Of a DNA stretch of 40,741 nt, positions 1 through 8,194 are shown piece by piece (the first letter of the stretch is position 1; the number at the start of each line of letters is the position of its first letter). Position numbers and translations under genes: made by a program. This stretch comes from a virus. Lineage: Duplodnaviria; Heunggongvirae; Uroviricota; Caudoviricetes. The stretch covers positions 1 through 40,741 of IMG/VR virus record IMGVR_UViG_2541047784_000010. The stretch is one strand, 5' to 3'. A model generated the notes under the pieces. The model saw nothing but the letters and a program-made list of their open reading frames with translations, was not told the origin of the DNA and made no database searches.

Positions 1-157
1 GGTCAGTACGATAATATTTGGCTTTCCTTTGGTACTGTATTCAGTCGGCGTAAAGTCTGAGAACGCAACGTTTGTTTTGGTTGCTTTCAGCTTTACATCA
101 TCTGCCGCATGAGCAGCAAATGATGAGCATGCAGGTGTAGGTTTTGTAACCTGTTGA

Positions 158-1462
158 CTATGCTTGTTTAATTACATCCGATCCCACAGCGTGGGGCATG
201 GATGGGGCAAACTCACTCAATTTCTGGTTTAAAATGGATACCTGATCCTGATTGTTTTCTGCCATCCACGATCCGTAAACGCGATAAACCATCTGAGCAT
301 CAGAGTGTCCCATTTGCTTCGCGATGAAGTTAGGGTTAGCTCCAGCGGTCAAAGACCAACATGCATAAGTGTGCCTGGACTGATATGCTTTGCGGTAGCG
401 AATCCCGGCGCGTCGCATTGCAGTTTCCCATGACTGATTAATCGACCCAACTGCATAATGGTGCCCGGCAAGGCCATTACGCGTAACGATTTGCGGATTG
501 AAAACAAAAGTGCACGGATGCATTTCAGTTCGACCATACTCACGAAGTTTCACTTCAACCTGATACTGCTTACCAAGCCGTGTCATTTCAGCCTGATTCT
601 TAAGCACGTCTATTGCAGGTTGAATAAGGTTGATAACACGGTTTGTTCCCGCTTCGGTTTTTGGAAGAGTGAACTCTTTCGTTAATGTGTGGTTTCTTCT
701 GATCGTCATTGTCCCAGCCTTCAGGTCTATATCTTCCCATGCCAGAGAAACCAACTCTCCGTGGCGAACTCCCGTATAAACAGCCAGTGACCACATATTT
801 TTTAATTGCTGATGCTTAAATGCGTTAATCAACCTGACAAATTCATCACGGGTTAACGGATCAGGTTCCGTTCGTGATCTCTTCAGTTGCGAAATGGCTG
901 CGAACGGATTTTCTTTGATGTATCCGCTGTCGGCTGCGAACTGAAACATCCCCGCCATGGTGTTCATGTAGTTATTAACAGTTGGCACGGAACGTCCCTT
1001 AATGGGTGTTTTTTGCCCACGTTTCAGAACGTGATATCCGGTCAGCAAATCCTTTCGTATGAACAGTAGCTCTTCCTGAGTCACAGCAGATGCAAGTCTG
1101 TTGCCTCCGATTCGGGGAACCATATTTCTTACAATGGAGCTGTAACGCCCCATCGCATTGGTACTGATTTCCAGCTTTTTCAGATCCAGCCATTTCTCAG
1201 CCAGGTCTGCGACGGTAATTTCCTTACTTTCCGCACCAAATTTTCTCAGGTTGGGAGAGTCCGGAAACTGAGCGGCATAGTCGAAATTACCCGTCTTAAT
1301 GGAAAAACAAACAGATGCTCGTAGCTCGCCAGCTATTTTCCTGTTTTTTGGTGTATCCGGCACACCGAGACTTTCCCGCACTCGTGTGCCTTTATACATG
1401 AACCATATGCGGAGTGATCCGCCATGGTTCTCAACGCCTGTTGGGTATGCTGTCTTAGCCAT
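158..1462 (-). CDS. int: Tyrosine-type site-specific integrase
   Basis: 434-aa ORF; C-terminal region has tyrosine-recombinase signature (SRHTYACW, MGHSDAQMVYRVYGSW); strong RBS AGGAGGG just upstream of ATG at 1462; adjacent upstream xis-like gene; first int-like gene at the prophage end. Confidence 0.9.
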   Translation of the reverse strand: MAKTAYPTGVENHGGSLRIWFMYKGTRVRESLGVPDTPKNRKIAGELRASVCFSIKTGNFDYAAQFPDSPNLRKFGAESKEITVADLAEKWLDLKKLEISTNAMGRYSSIVRNMVPRIGGNRLASAVTQEELLFIRKDLLTGYHVLKRGQKTPIKGRSVPTVNNYMNTMAGMFQFAADSGYIKENPFAAISQLKRSRTEPDPLTRDEFVRLINAFKHQQLKNMWSLAVYTGVRHGELVSLAWEDIDLKAGTMTIRRNHTLTKEFTLPKTEAGTNRVINLIQPAIDVLKNQAEMTRLGKQYQVEVKLREYGRTEMHPCTFVFNPQIVTRNGLAGHHYAVGSINQSWETAMRRAGIRYRKAYQSRHTYACWSLTAGANPNFIAKQMGHSDAQMVYRVYGSWMAENNQDQVSILNQKLSEFAPSMPHAVGSDVIKQA

Positions 1463-1507
1463 TGTTCCCTCCTGACGCCCAAGAGCGCATTAAGCATAAA
1501 CGGTTCT

Positions 1508-1753
1508 TCATCGACGCGCACCAGGCTGTTTTTTTGACATACTCTCAACCCACTGGTCGATAGCCTTGCGGTTATACATGCATTCGCTGTTTTCTTTTGG
1601 AATACCGTCCGGTGCAACATGGAGATATTCACGACCGACAAGCCAGGATTGTTTACGTGCTCTCTCAATGGTTCCTGGGCGTAAACCTGTAATTTCGATC
1701 AGTTTTTGCTCTGTCACCCAGTCGTTGGGCACAATTAAGTTAACTTCGCTCAT
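1508..1753 (-). CDS. xis: Excisionase-like small DNA-binding protein (start trimmed to MSEVNLIV)
   Basis: 81 aa, basic C-terminus, GREYL motif as in lambda Xis (DGREYLF); sits immediately upstream of int in the same orientation. Confidence 0.65.
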   Translation of the reverse strand: MSEVNLIVPNDWVTEQKLIEITGLRPGTIERARKQSWLVGREYLHVAPDGIPKENSECMYNRKAIDQWVESMSKKQPGARR

Positions 1754-1826
1754 TGTTTTCTCCGGTGCTGGAATGAAAGGGGGGGTTAACATGCCTCATT
1801 GGGGTTGAGGCTGTGTGATTCCATGG

Positions 1827-2171
1827 TTAGTCCTTGCGTAGCTCGCTGATTCTTCTGTAAGTCTCTGGTGCTTTGTTACCGTACGTCTTCATTTCAGACT
1901 TCAACAGAGCAACGAGGGAATCCCATTCGTTGAGGATGCCTTTGAATGCCGGAACGCGCTTTGCAACCTTGTCGAATGAATCTCTGATTTCTGGAATCTG
2001 CTCAACAAGTGCAACGCATCGTCGGAAATCGGCTGCGTCATGTGGAGCGCCGAAGTGATGACCATAGATATTCTTTTTCAGTCCACATGCGATTGAGGCA
2101 AGAGTTGCGCTACTGATGCCAACATCGCCAGTTGATTGCCATTTCAAAACCTTCATAGCCAAATCTGACAT
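1827..2171 (-). CDS. Hypothetical phage protein (114 aa)
   Basis: ORF in early-left orientation; no recognisable motif. Confidence 0.5.
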   Translation of the reverse strand: MSDLAMKVLKWQSTGDVGISSATLASIACGLKKNIYGHHFGAPHDAADFRRCVALVEQIPEIRDSFDKVAKRVPAFKGILNEWDSLVALLKSEMKTYGNKAPETYRRISELRKD

Positions 2172-2184
2172 TTCTTGTCTCCAA

Positions 2185-2208
2185 TAAAAAAACCGCCATC
2201 AGGCGGCT
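2185..2208 (-). terminator. Rho-independent terminator candidate
   Basis: On minus strand GCCGCC-tgat-GGCGG stem followed by T7 run; overlaps stop of the 55-aa ORF. Confidence 0.5.
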
Positions 2209-2366
2209 TGGTGTTCTTTCAGTTCTTCAATTCGAATATTGGTTACGTCTGCATGCGCTATCTGCGCCCATATCATCCAGTGGTTATAGCAGTCGTTGAT
2301 GTCCTCTGCTTCGATAACTCTGTTGAATGGTTCTCCATTCCATTCACCTGTGACTCGGAAGTGCAT
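2199..2366 (-). CDS. Short hypothetical protein (55 aa), not in ORF track
   Basis: Hand-translated: MHFRVTGEWNGEPFNRVIEAEDINDCYNHWMIWAQIAHADVTNIRIEELKEHQAA; RBS GGAG 7 nt upstream; same orientation as operon; competes with plus-strand ORF 2175-2381. Confidence 0.4.
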   Translation of the reverse strand: MHFRVTGEWNGEPFNRVIEAEDINDCYNHWMIWAQIAHADVTNIRIEELKEHQAA

Positions 2367-2378
2367 TTATCATCTCCA

Positions 2379-2403
2379 TAAAACAAAACTCGCCGTAGCG
2401 AGT
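2379..2403 (-). terminator. Rho-independent terminator candidate
   Basis: Minus strand ACTCGC-tacg-GCGAGT stem followed by TTTGTTTTAT; downstream of ORF 2455-2736. Confidence 0.45.
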
Positions 2404-2454
2404 TCAGATAAAAGAAATCCCCGCGAGTGCGAGGATAGTTACTTGTTCATATTA

Positions 2455-2736
2455 TTAATCGTCAATGTATTTTGAGCATTGTGGGCAATCATCGATCCCA
2501 CAATACGATTCATATGCATCCTTTATTGCGTCGCGGGCTTCAGTAAGAGTATTGAATAAGTTGCAGCTATTATCTTTTTGATATAGGTAAGTTCCTAATT
2601 TATAAGCAGAAGAAGCATCATTTCCGCTGTCTAAAATCACATCGTTATGGATTCTGCACCTTGCAAGAACTCCTGATCCCATAAGGGTCTGCATAGCCCA
2701 TTGCTCTTGATCTTCACACAAATCATGAATGCTCAT
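2455..2736 (-). CDS. Hypothetical protein (93 aa from MSIHD start), C-terminal CxxC pair
   Basis: ORF with RBS GAGAGGTG 5 nt upstream of internal ATG; AT-rich upstream region suggests own promoter; C-terminal CGIDDCPQC. Confidence 0.5.
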   Translation of the reverse strand: MSIHDLCEDQEQWAMQTLMGSGVLARCRIHNDVILDSGNDASSAYKLGTYLYQKDNSCNLFNTLTEARDAIKDAYESYCGIDDCPQCSKYIDD

Positions 2737-2850
2737 TTCAACACCTCTCTTCACGTTTCACACACGTTAAGATTAACAGTGTTTTTACATGCTTTGGAAG
2801 ATTTATTTTATAAAAACTCTTTTAATACAAATAGATATAATAGTTCACTA

Positions 2851-3405
2851 TTATAGCTCCTTTAATCGAGGCGGTTCTGGTAGAGGCATCCAGTGGGTTA
2901 CATCGCATTCAGGGATGCTGATATCATCACCAAGCCACCCTTGACCTTCAGACCAGCATTGCACGTAATACCTGTATTCTGTGTTCACTACGCACCACTG
3001 CGCGTCGTCCGGCATTCGCTCACTACAGCTTATCCAACCATCCGGAGTTACCGGAGAGTTGCCCGATGGCTCGTTCAACTTGCAAGTTTGGCTTACAGGT
3101 TCGGCTTCCAGTTCTGCTATGCGCTTTTTTGCTGCTTCCAGCTCGCCAAGCAGCGCCAAGACGGTAGCCGGATTGGCTGCGGCGATGAATTCAGCATTGG
3201 CCTGCTGTTCCATTTGGAAATCTTCATCGAAACCGCTTTCTGGATGCGCTCCCTCAATTCTGCAAATGGGAATATATCCAGCAACTTCACGATGAATTAG
3301 CGCATCATCACCATCAAATCGGTCCTCTCCATATTCGAGCGACCACACACCACACGTTGCTTTCTCTGCCTTTTCACGCAGTGCCTGATAGTCAATCTTG
3401 CTCAT
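2851..3405 (-). CDS. Ead/Ea22-like early protein with DUF551-like C-terminal domain
   Basis: 184 aa; coiled-coil middle (LLGELEAAKKRIAELEAE) and Trp/Cys-rich C-terminal region typical of lambdoid Ea22-family proteins; position between xis and recombination genes. Confidence 0.55.
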   Translation of the reverse strand: MSKIDYQALREKAEKATCGVWSLEYGEDRFDGDDALIHREVAGYIPICRIEGAHPESGFDEDFQMEQQANAEFIAAANPATVLALLGELEAAKKRIAELEAEPVSQTCKLNEPSGNSPVTPDGWISCSERMPDDAQWCVVNTEYRYYVQCWSEGQGWLGDDISIPECDVTHWMPLPEPPRLKEL

Positions 3406-3406
3406 G

Positions 3407-3706
3407 TCACATCACCCTGAATCCATTGCATTTACGTAAAAAATCGCAGATATAGCCCTTCATTTTTTCATGCCAATCTCGATCATTCCCATTGCACCAA
3501 CCATCAGGTGGAGTCCAGTTTTCTATCAGAGCAGCAATTTTCTTTGCTTTCGCCGGAGTAGCTGTTGCGGTATCGCAGTAATGACGAGTGTCAACAAACT
3601 TATCCATACCATCGATATCAAGTACGCAAAACCATGTGTGATTCGGCATTTCAACAGATGGTATTTGTTGCCCACGTCGACGTTTATCAATAAGACATAC
3701 AGTCAC
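3407..3706 (-). CDS. Hypothetical protein (99 aa, GTG start)
   Basis: ORF preceded by AAAGGAGG RBS 6 nt upstream of GTG. Confidence 0.5.
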   Translation of the reverse strand: MTVCLIDKRRRGQQIPSVEMPNHTWFCVLDIDGMDKFVDTRHYCDTATATPAKAKKIAALIENWTPPDGWCNGNDRDWHEKMKGYICDFLRKCNGFRVM

Positions 3707-3870
3707 TGGTTGCCTCCTTTGCGCAACATCGCATTCAGATATTTTTTGTCATTAACAGAACCGAAACTATTTCTCTTAAGCAATTCCTCTCTCGATGGCA
3801 TTGGCTTTACGCGTTGGCGAATAATCATTTCTGCCGGAAGAATGCCGGGATTGTATGCAAGTCCTCTCAT
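3703..3870 (-). CDS. Short hypothetical protein (55 aa), not in ORF track
   Basis: Hand-translated [55 protein letters not shown]; ATGA overlap with upstream gene stop and GTGA overlap with downstream gene start (translational coupling). Confidence 0.4.
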   Translation of the reverse strand: MRGLAYNPGILPAEMIIRQRVKPMPSREELLKRNSFGSVNDKKYLNAMLRKGGNQ

Positions 3871-4148
3871 GATTTACTCTCCACGAACTGGTCAATAGCC
3901 ATGCTAAGTGACATACCTAAAGTTTCGATATGTTGCTGAATATCCTGTAGCGTCTGCGCCTGAGATAACAGGATTTCACGGTTGCATAACTCTTTAACCA
4001 GATGCTCAAACTTGCTGTAATAACCGATACGGCTTAGTGTTTCTTTCCCTGCATTCTCGCCTTCTTTGATAATTCCTCTTTCATTAAGAATCAGGTCGTG
4101 TTTTGTTCCAGTAATAACGTATTTTCCGAGGTCGATGTTCAGCTTCAT
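3867..4148 (-). CDS. Hypothetical protein (93 aa)
   Basis: ORF in operon orientation; no motif recognised. Confidence 0.5.
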   Translation of the reverse strand: MKLNIDLGKYVITGTKHDLILNERGIIKEGENAGKETLSRIGYYSKFEHLVKELCNREILLSQAQTLQDIQQHIETLGMSLSMAIDQFVESKS

Positions 4149-4164
4149 TGTTAATTACTCCATG

Positions 4165-4479
4165 TTAATTTATTCGTATGCCTGCTCTTTCTTCATCGAG
4201 TTTTTTTAGCTTGTATCGCATAGCTCTTACTGAATAAATTGAGCGGCAGGTTGCAATTGCTATTTCTTCTGCGGAGAACTTACCGAAAAGTGATACTTCG
4301 GCTCTTGTCCAGCGTCTTCCACGAAGTCGGCTAACAATGTCAGCTCCAATCCTTGTTGCTTTCGCCATTACTGCTTTTTCAGTCCTTTCCAGTTTTTCAG
4401 CGATAACTTCAACTGGCATTGTCGCAGCCACTTCGCGCAAGAAATCGACTTCCCATTTCTCCCATGGAGTCTTTTTCAT
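4165..4479 (-). CDS. Hypothetical protein (104 aa), basic
   Basis: ORF in operon orientation. Confidence 0.5.
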   Translation of the reverse strand: MKKTPWEKWEVDFLREVAATMPVEVIAEKLERTEKAVMAKATRIGADIVSRLRGRRWTRAEVSLFGKFSAEEIAIATCRSIYSVRAMRYKLKKLDEERAGIRIN

Positions 4480-4490
4480 AGTCGATACCG

Positions 4491-4979
4491 TTATTTGATA
4501 AGAAGTGAAGGTTTCCCAACTTTGAGTTGAGCGCCGGGGATATTTATTCCTGCTTTTAGTTGGTGTTTGATTGCCAGTTTGTCGGCTTTAATTGTCGTTT
4601 CGAACTCAACGTATTCAGGAGGAAGGGCGCTTGAGTCGATGATTTCTACAATTTCTGACGGTTTGCGGATTGTTACCTGGTGAATGCCTGCTCGAATATT
4701 TTTCTTGCCAACCATTTCAAGCGATGACGCTATATATGATTTGATGCTCTCAATCTTATTTTGAATTACTGCGGCTCGCTCATTCAGTGACTTTGCCTCT
4801 TCCTTGAGGCGTTCGGCATAACCAGATTCATTTTTAATGACGGAAAGAAGTTGCTCTATTTTATCGGTAAATTCTCCTTCCATGCCTTCTATTGTGTCAG
4901 CAATCATCTCTGGCTCTAAATCTGAATCCATCAATTTTGCGTATTCATTGGCTATTTCATATAGTTTGCTCACTGGCAA
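4491..4979 (-). CDS. Siphovirus Gp157-like protein
   Basis: 162 aa acidic/coiled-coil protein immediately downstream of recT, the usual partner position of Gp157-family proteins. Confidence 0.5.
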   Translation of the reverse strand: MPVSKLYEIANEYAKLMDSDLEPEMIADTIEGMEGEFTDKIEQLLSVIKNESGYAERLKEEAKSLNERAAVIQNKIESIKSYIASSLEMVGKKNIRAGIHQVTIRKPSEIVEIIDSSALPPEYVEFETTIKADKLAIKHQLKAGINIPGAQLKVGKPSLLIK

Positions 4980-5868
4980 CCTCCAGTTTCGCTTTGCATT
5001 CTATGTAAATGGCTTGTATGTTCTGCTGCAATTTCATTCCAGATGTCAGGCGATATGCTTCTGCAAAATATCTCTTCAAATCATCCATGTTTTCAGCCTG
5101 AGCCATTTCATCACAAAGAAGTTGTGCTTTATCCGTTATTTCCTGCTGGCGTTTCCGTTCATCTTCGCGGATATCTTCCTCTGATTTGTGCGGCATAACT
5201 GGTTCAGTCCATACACCTTCTTCTTCGTTTAGTACGTGAATAGCACTATCAAGACGTGATGCCTTAGGCCAATACTTGCTTGCACGCTTTACGACCGTCT
5301 TTCGCGCCATCTCATTCCAGTGATTTACCCATGGTCCTTTATCGCTGAATGCCGCCTTGCTTGTTTTCCTTACAGCCTCAATTTCAGCCAGACTCATCTC
5401 TTCCGTTAGATAATCACCTGCTGGCGTCTTAACTGTGCAGTAAACGCCAACGATATCACCACGATCACCGAAGGCGTTGTATTTATGGGTTGGTGCTTTA
5501 TCAAGTCCGTTTGACTCATAAGTATCGTTAGCATGAACAAGCTTTGCCTGACCCCATGAGATAACACCAGACTCCATTGCAATATGTAGCAATCCCATAT
5601 AGCTGATATCAAGGCAAACCATGCCGTCGCGCGGAACCAGATAAGCCAGTTTGCTAGCCGGGTTTAAGGTGATACCGATCGCCGCAACATTGATGATGGC
5701 GTTCTGTGCGCTGGTTGGATTTGCCAGTGCTGTTTTAGCCAGGTAATCATTTTTCTGGAAATACTGAATTGCAAACTGGCTTTCCTTAGCCCATGTCACC
5801 GTCTGTTCAGTCAATGCCCCGCAGAATAACTGCTCCTGCTGTTTAACGAATTCAACGATATTGCTCAT
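4957..5868 (-). CDS. recT: RecT-family single-strand annealing recombinase
   Basis: 303 aa; sequence pattern typical of RecT/Red-beta family; position in early-left recombination module. Confidence 0.8.
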   Translation of the reverse strand: MSNIVEFVKQQEQLFCGALTEQTVTWAKESQFAIQYFQKNDYLAKTALANPTSAQNAIINVAAIGITLNPASKLAYLVPRDGMVCLDISYMGLLHIAMESGVISWGQAKLVHANDTYESNGLDKAPTHKYNAFGDRGDIVGVYCTVKTPAGDYLTEEMSLAEIEAVRKTSKAAFSDKGPWVNHWNEMARKTVVKRASKYWPKASRLDSAIHVLNEEEGVWTEPVMPHKSEEDIREDERKRQQEITDKAQLLCDEMAQAENMDDLKRYFAEAYRLTSGMKLQQNIQAIYIECKAKLEVASEQTI

Positions 5869-6176
5869 GCTGCTTCTCCATAAATGTGTCTGCGTTTGAA
5901 TATTGCGAAGGCATATTCAGCCTTAACTCTTTCGGTTATTGCATCCCAGAACCATTCAGCGGCTTTTTCCTGATAGTTACAGTCATCATCTTCCAGCCAG
6001 TCGATAGCGTCCTTAGTGTGTTCATCTGGTTTATATGAGCGAAGCATTTCGCTTATTGGGTCGCAACGTTTGCAGAGGCGATCAACTTCACTGTTGATTC
6101 GTTCGTAATCTTCATCAGTAAAACTTGCGATTATTTGCGATATTTCACGCTTATCATTCAGAGTCAGAATCATCAT
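5865..6176 (-). CDS. Hypothetical protein (103 aa), acidic
   Basis: ORF overlapping recT start by 4 nt. Confidence 0.5.
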   Translation of the reverse strand: MMILTLNDKREISQIIASFTDEDYERINSEVDRLCKRCDPISEMLRSYKPDEHTKDAIDWLEDDDCNYQEKAAEWFWDAITERVKAEYAFAIFKRRHIYGEAA

Positions 6177-6261
6177 CTTTCTCCTGTTCTTTGTGCTGAT
6201 TGAGCATTTTGTTCATCTGACGAATGAATTCTTCGTCTGACCAGTTATCTGTAAAACTCAT
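6154..6261 (-). CDS. Short acidic ORF (35 aa), not in ORF track
   Basis: Hand-translated MSFTDNWSDEEFIRQMNKMLNQHKEQEKDDDSDSE; ATGA overlap with cIII stop and overlaps start of downstream gene. Confidence 0.3.
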   Translation of the reverse strand: MSFTDNWSDEEFIRQMNKMLNQHKEQEKDDDSDSE

Positions 6262-6428
6262 GGACGGCCTTGTTGTTTCAAAATATCCCAAAGCTTTTCG
6301 AGCAAGCTTTTCATTCTTGGTTGTTTAAAGTCTGCTCCGGTTAAAATGTTTTTTCGTGAATGCTGTACCGATAAAATCGGGTTGAAAGGGCGAACCGATG
6401 CCGCCCCTGCAATAGCGAACTGTTGCAT
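6258..6428 (-). CDS. cIII: CIII-like protease (FtsH) inhibitor
   Basis: 56 aa from MQQFAIAG; resembles lambda CIII (MQYAIAG...LLERITRKLRDGWKRLIDILNQPGVP vs here ...LLEKLWDILKQQGRP); RBS AAGGAG. Confidence 0.75.
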   Translation of the reverse strand: MQQFAIAGAASVRPFNPILSVQHSRKNILTGADFKQPRMKSLLEKLWDILKQQGRP

Positions 6429-6492
6429 AGGATGCTCCTTCTGTTTGATTGCATAACGAAAACGCCTCGAGTGAAGCGTTATTGGTATGCAT

Positions 6493-6518
6493 ATAAAAAA
6501 GCCCTCACATTGGAGGGC
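6493..6518 (-). terminator. Rho-independent terminator
   Basis: Minus strand GCCCTC-caatgt-GAGGGC stem followed by TTTTTTAT; between AT-rich ORF 6623-6820 and cIII. Confidence 0.6.
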
Positions 6519-6622
6519 AAAGAAGATTTCCAATAATCAGAACAAGTCGGCTCCTGTTTAGTTACGAGCGACATTGCTCCGTGTATTCACTCGTTGGAAT
6601 GAATACACAGTGCTTCTCTGTG

Positions 6623-6820
6623 CTAAATAATTAAATCATATTCTGATTTGGTTAGTTTATAAGTACCTCCTCTGGTGTAATATGCAAATCTGTCTTTGCT
6701 TCCATCAGAATTGTATACCCATCCACCAAATGGAAAGATAGTGTCTATTTCTCCAATATCTTTTTCACAACTAAATGTCTTTCCATTTTTAGTTGAATAT
6801 GACTTACCAACTGTCAACAT
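6623..6820 (-). CDS. Hypothetical AT-rich cargo protein (65 aa)
   Basis: ORF with markedly lower GC than neighbours; occupies the lambda ea10 position between ral-like gene and cIII; followed by its own terminator. Confidence 0.5.
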   Translation of the reverse strand: MLTVGKSYSTKNGKTFSCEKDIGEIDTIFPFGGWVYNSDGSKDRFAYYTRGGTYKLTKSEYDLII

Positions 6821-6859
6821 CTTCGCCTCTGCTGTTTATGCCAAAAATAAAGGCCACCA

Positions 6860-7060
6860 TCAGGCAGCCTTGTTTTTCTGTTTACCAAGTTCTCTGGCAA
6901 TCATTGCCGTCGTTCGTATTGCCCATTTATCGACATATTTCCCATCTTCCATTACAGGAAACATTTCTTCAGGCTTAACCATGCATTCCGATTGCAGCTT
7001 GCATCCATTGCATCGCTTGAATTGTCCACACCATTGATTTTTATCAATAGTCGTAGTCAT
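6860..7060 (-). CDS. ral: Ral-like restriction alleviation protein
   Basis: 66 aa, starts MTTTIDKNQWCGQFKRCNGCK; matches my recollection of lambda Ral in length, sequence and position between N and cIII. Confidence 0.65.
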   Translation of the reverse strand: MTTTIDKNQWCGQFKRCNGCKLQSECMVKPEEMFPVMEDGKYVDKWAIRTTAMIARELGKQKNKAA

Positions 7061-7130
7061 ACGGATAGTCCTGGTATTGTTCCATCACATCCTGCGGATG
7101 CTCTTCGAACTCTTCAAATTCTTCTTCCAT
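7044..7130 (-). CDS. Tiny acidic ORF (28 aa), not in ORF track
   Basis: Hand-translated MEEEFEEFEEHPQDVMEQYQDYPYDYDY; GAGGTG RBS 4 nt upstream; overlaps ral start by 17 nt. Confidence 0.25.
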   Translation of the reverse strand: MEEEFEEFEEHPQDVMEQYQDYPYDYDY

Positions 7131-7263
7131 ATATCACCTCAAATAAGTGGTTTGCTGCCTAATTTCATTTTCTGGCGACCAACACAAGTCACACCCATTT
7201 CACTGCGTGGCTTGCGGTAGTAAATACGGTTATTTATGTCATTAAAAACCAGCGTGAGCGTGG

Positions 7264-7530
7264 TTATTTTTTCTTTCCAAGAGATGGAAGACCTCCAGAA
7301 TAATCTGGACCACTTGAACGATGCATTTGATACAATATTGCGTTTTTGTTGGCGTTTAGTGGCTTTGTTGCGAAAGAAATTTTTTCTCGTTTTACATCTC
7401 TTATCATCATCAACTCACGTTCTGATGCTTTTGGATGATAATCATTGATATGCTTCCATGCTGCCTTGGCGCTGAATTTTCTTCCACATAAAGGGCAATA
7501 GCATTTATATGATACTTGTTTGCTAGTCAT
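7264..7530 (-). CDS. Hypothetical protein with C2H2-like zinc-finger motif (88 aa)
   Basis: Motif CPLCGRKFSAKAAWKHINDYH (C-x2-C-x11-H-x4-H); directly downstream of N, in the position lambda uses for sieB. Confidence 0.5.
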   Translation of the reverse strand: MTSKQVSYKCYCPLCGRKFSAKAAWKHINDYHPKASERELMMIRDVKREKISFATKPLNANKNAILYQMHRSSGPDYSGGLPSLGKKK

Positions 7531-7532
7531 TT

Positions 7533-7841
7533 CTATCTCGCCGTAATTGATTTCATTGACCTGTAACCAGCAGCATACAGTGCAACTTCAGGCAAACAAA
7601 CGCTTCCGCCATTCGCATCTGTATTTGATTTACTGATGATGCCGAGTGATATTGCTTTTTCAGAAAGACTTAAACGCTTTCTCGGTTCTTCCTGAACAGC
7701 TTCCTCACTGTCTGTGCCGAAGATCGAATCGATGATGTTGCAGATGGAATCACGCTCGATAGCCAGCTTTCTGCGCCGCTCATGACGGCGAGTTTTGGCA
7801 TTTCCTGCAAATGTTGATTTTCCGTACACGATTACCGTCAT
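7533..7841 (-). CDS. N: N-type transcription antiterminator (P22 gene 24-like)
   Basis: Start trimmed to MTVIVYGKSTFAGNAKTRRHERRRKLAIER; arginine-rich boxB-binding motif; close match to my recollection of P22 gp24; downstream of PL and nutL. Confidence 0.85.
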   Translation of the reverse strand: MTVIVYGKSTFAGNAKTRRHERRRKLAIERDSICNIIDSIFGTDSEEAVQEEPRKRLSLSEKAISLGIISKSNTDANGGSVCLPEVALYAAGYRSMKSITAR

Positions 7842-7960
7842 GATGTTTTCCTCATGTGAAATGGCTTTGGTGGTGATGCGCCAGGTGCTGATCTTCTGGT
7901 TGCTGTCGTTGCAGCTGCAACTCACATCACCGCCAAACCCATCTCGTTTGGTATCTGTTT

Positions 7961-7996
7961 GCGCTTTGTCAGCGCCCCATCGAAGTTAAAGAGCCT
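7961..7996 (-). promoter_or_regulatory. nutL (boxA + boxB)
   Basis: On minus strand boxB GCGCTGACAAAGCGC (P22-type hairpin) preceded by boxA-like GGCTCTTTAAC; located between PL and N. Confidence 0.75.
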
Positions 7997-8040
7997 GCCA
8001 ATCTGTTCCGTTTGGCTTCCAGCTTCCTGCTGATGGCTAA

Positions 8041-8114
8041 ATAGTACGATGTGTACTTTATTGAGTCAATACAAAATGTTCTAAATGCGGTTAGTTTTTT
8101 ATAACACTTTGTAT
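8041..8114 (-). promoter_or_regulatory. PL promoter with OL operator sites (putative)
   Basis: Minus strand TTGACT-N17-TACTAT; three copies of motif ACA-N3-(T/C)GT-A(T/C) shared with OR region, one in the promoter spacer. Confidence 0.55.
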
Positions 8115-8132
8115 TTTATTGATTTATATTTT

Positions 8133-8163
8133 GGAAAAAGAAAACCCGACGATAAGGTCGGGT
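8133..8163 (-). terminator. Rho-independent terminator downstream of cI
   Basis: Minus strand ACCCGAC-cttatc-GTCGGGT stem followed by TTTTCTTTTTCC; lies between cI stop and PL (no rex genes present). Confidence 0.6.
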
Positions 8164-8194
8164 TATTGTTGTGTGTTTTAGAGTGGTGAGGCTG

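Noticed and set aside
1-157. Open reading frames running to the window edge (plus frame ending at 60; minus frame open through position 1)
   Set aside because: No start codon or RBS in-window and too short to assess; could be host gene end or chance.
349-1193. Several 60-75-aa ORFs on both strands inside the integrase gene
   Set aside because: Fully embedded in the well-supported int reading frame; no independent signals.
2175-2381. 68-aa plus-strand ORF
   Set aside because: Antisense to the operon; the overlapping minus-strand 55-aa ORF has an RBS and terminator context, so the plus ORF is probably spurious.
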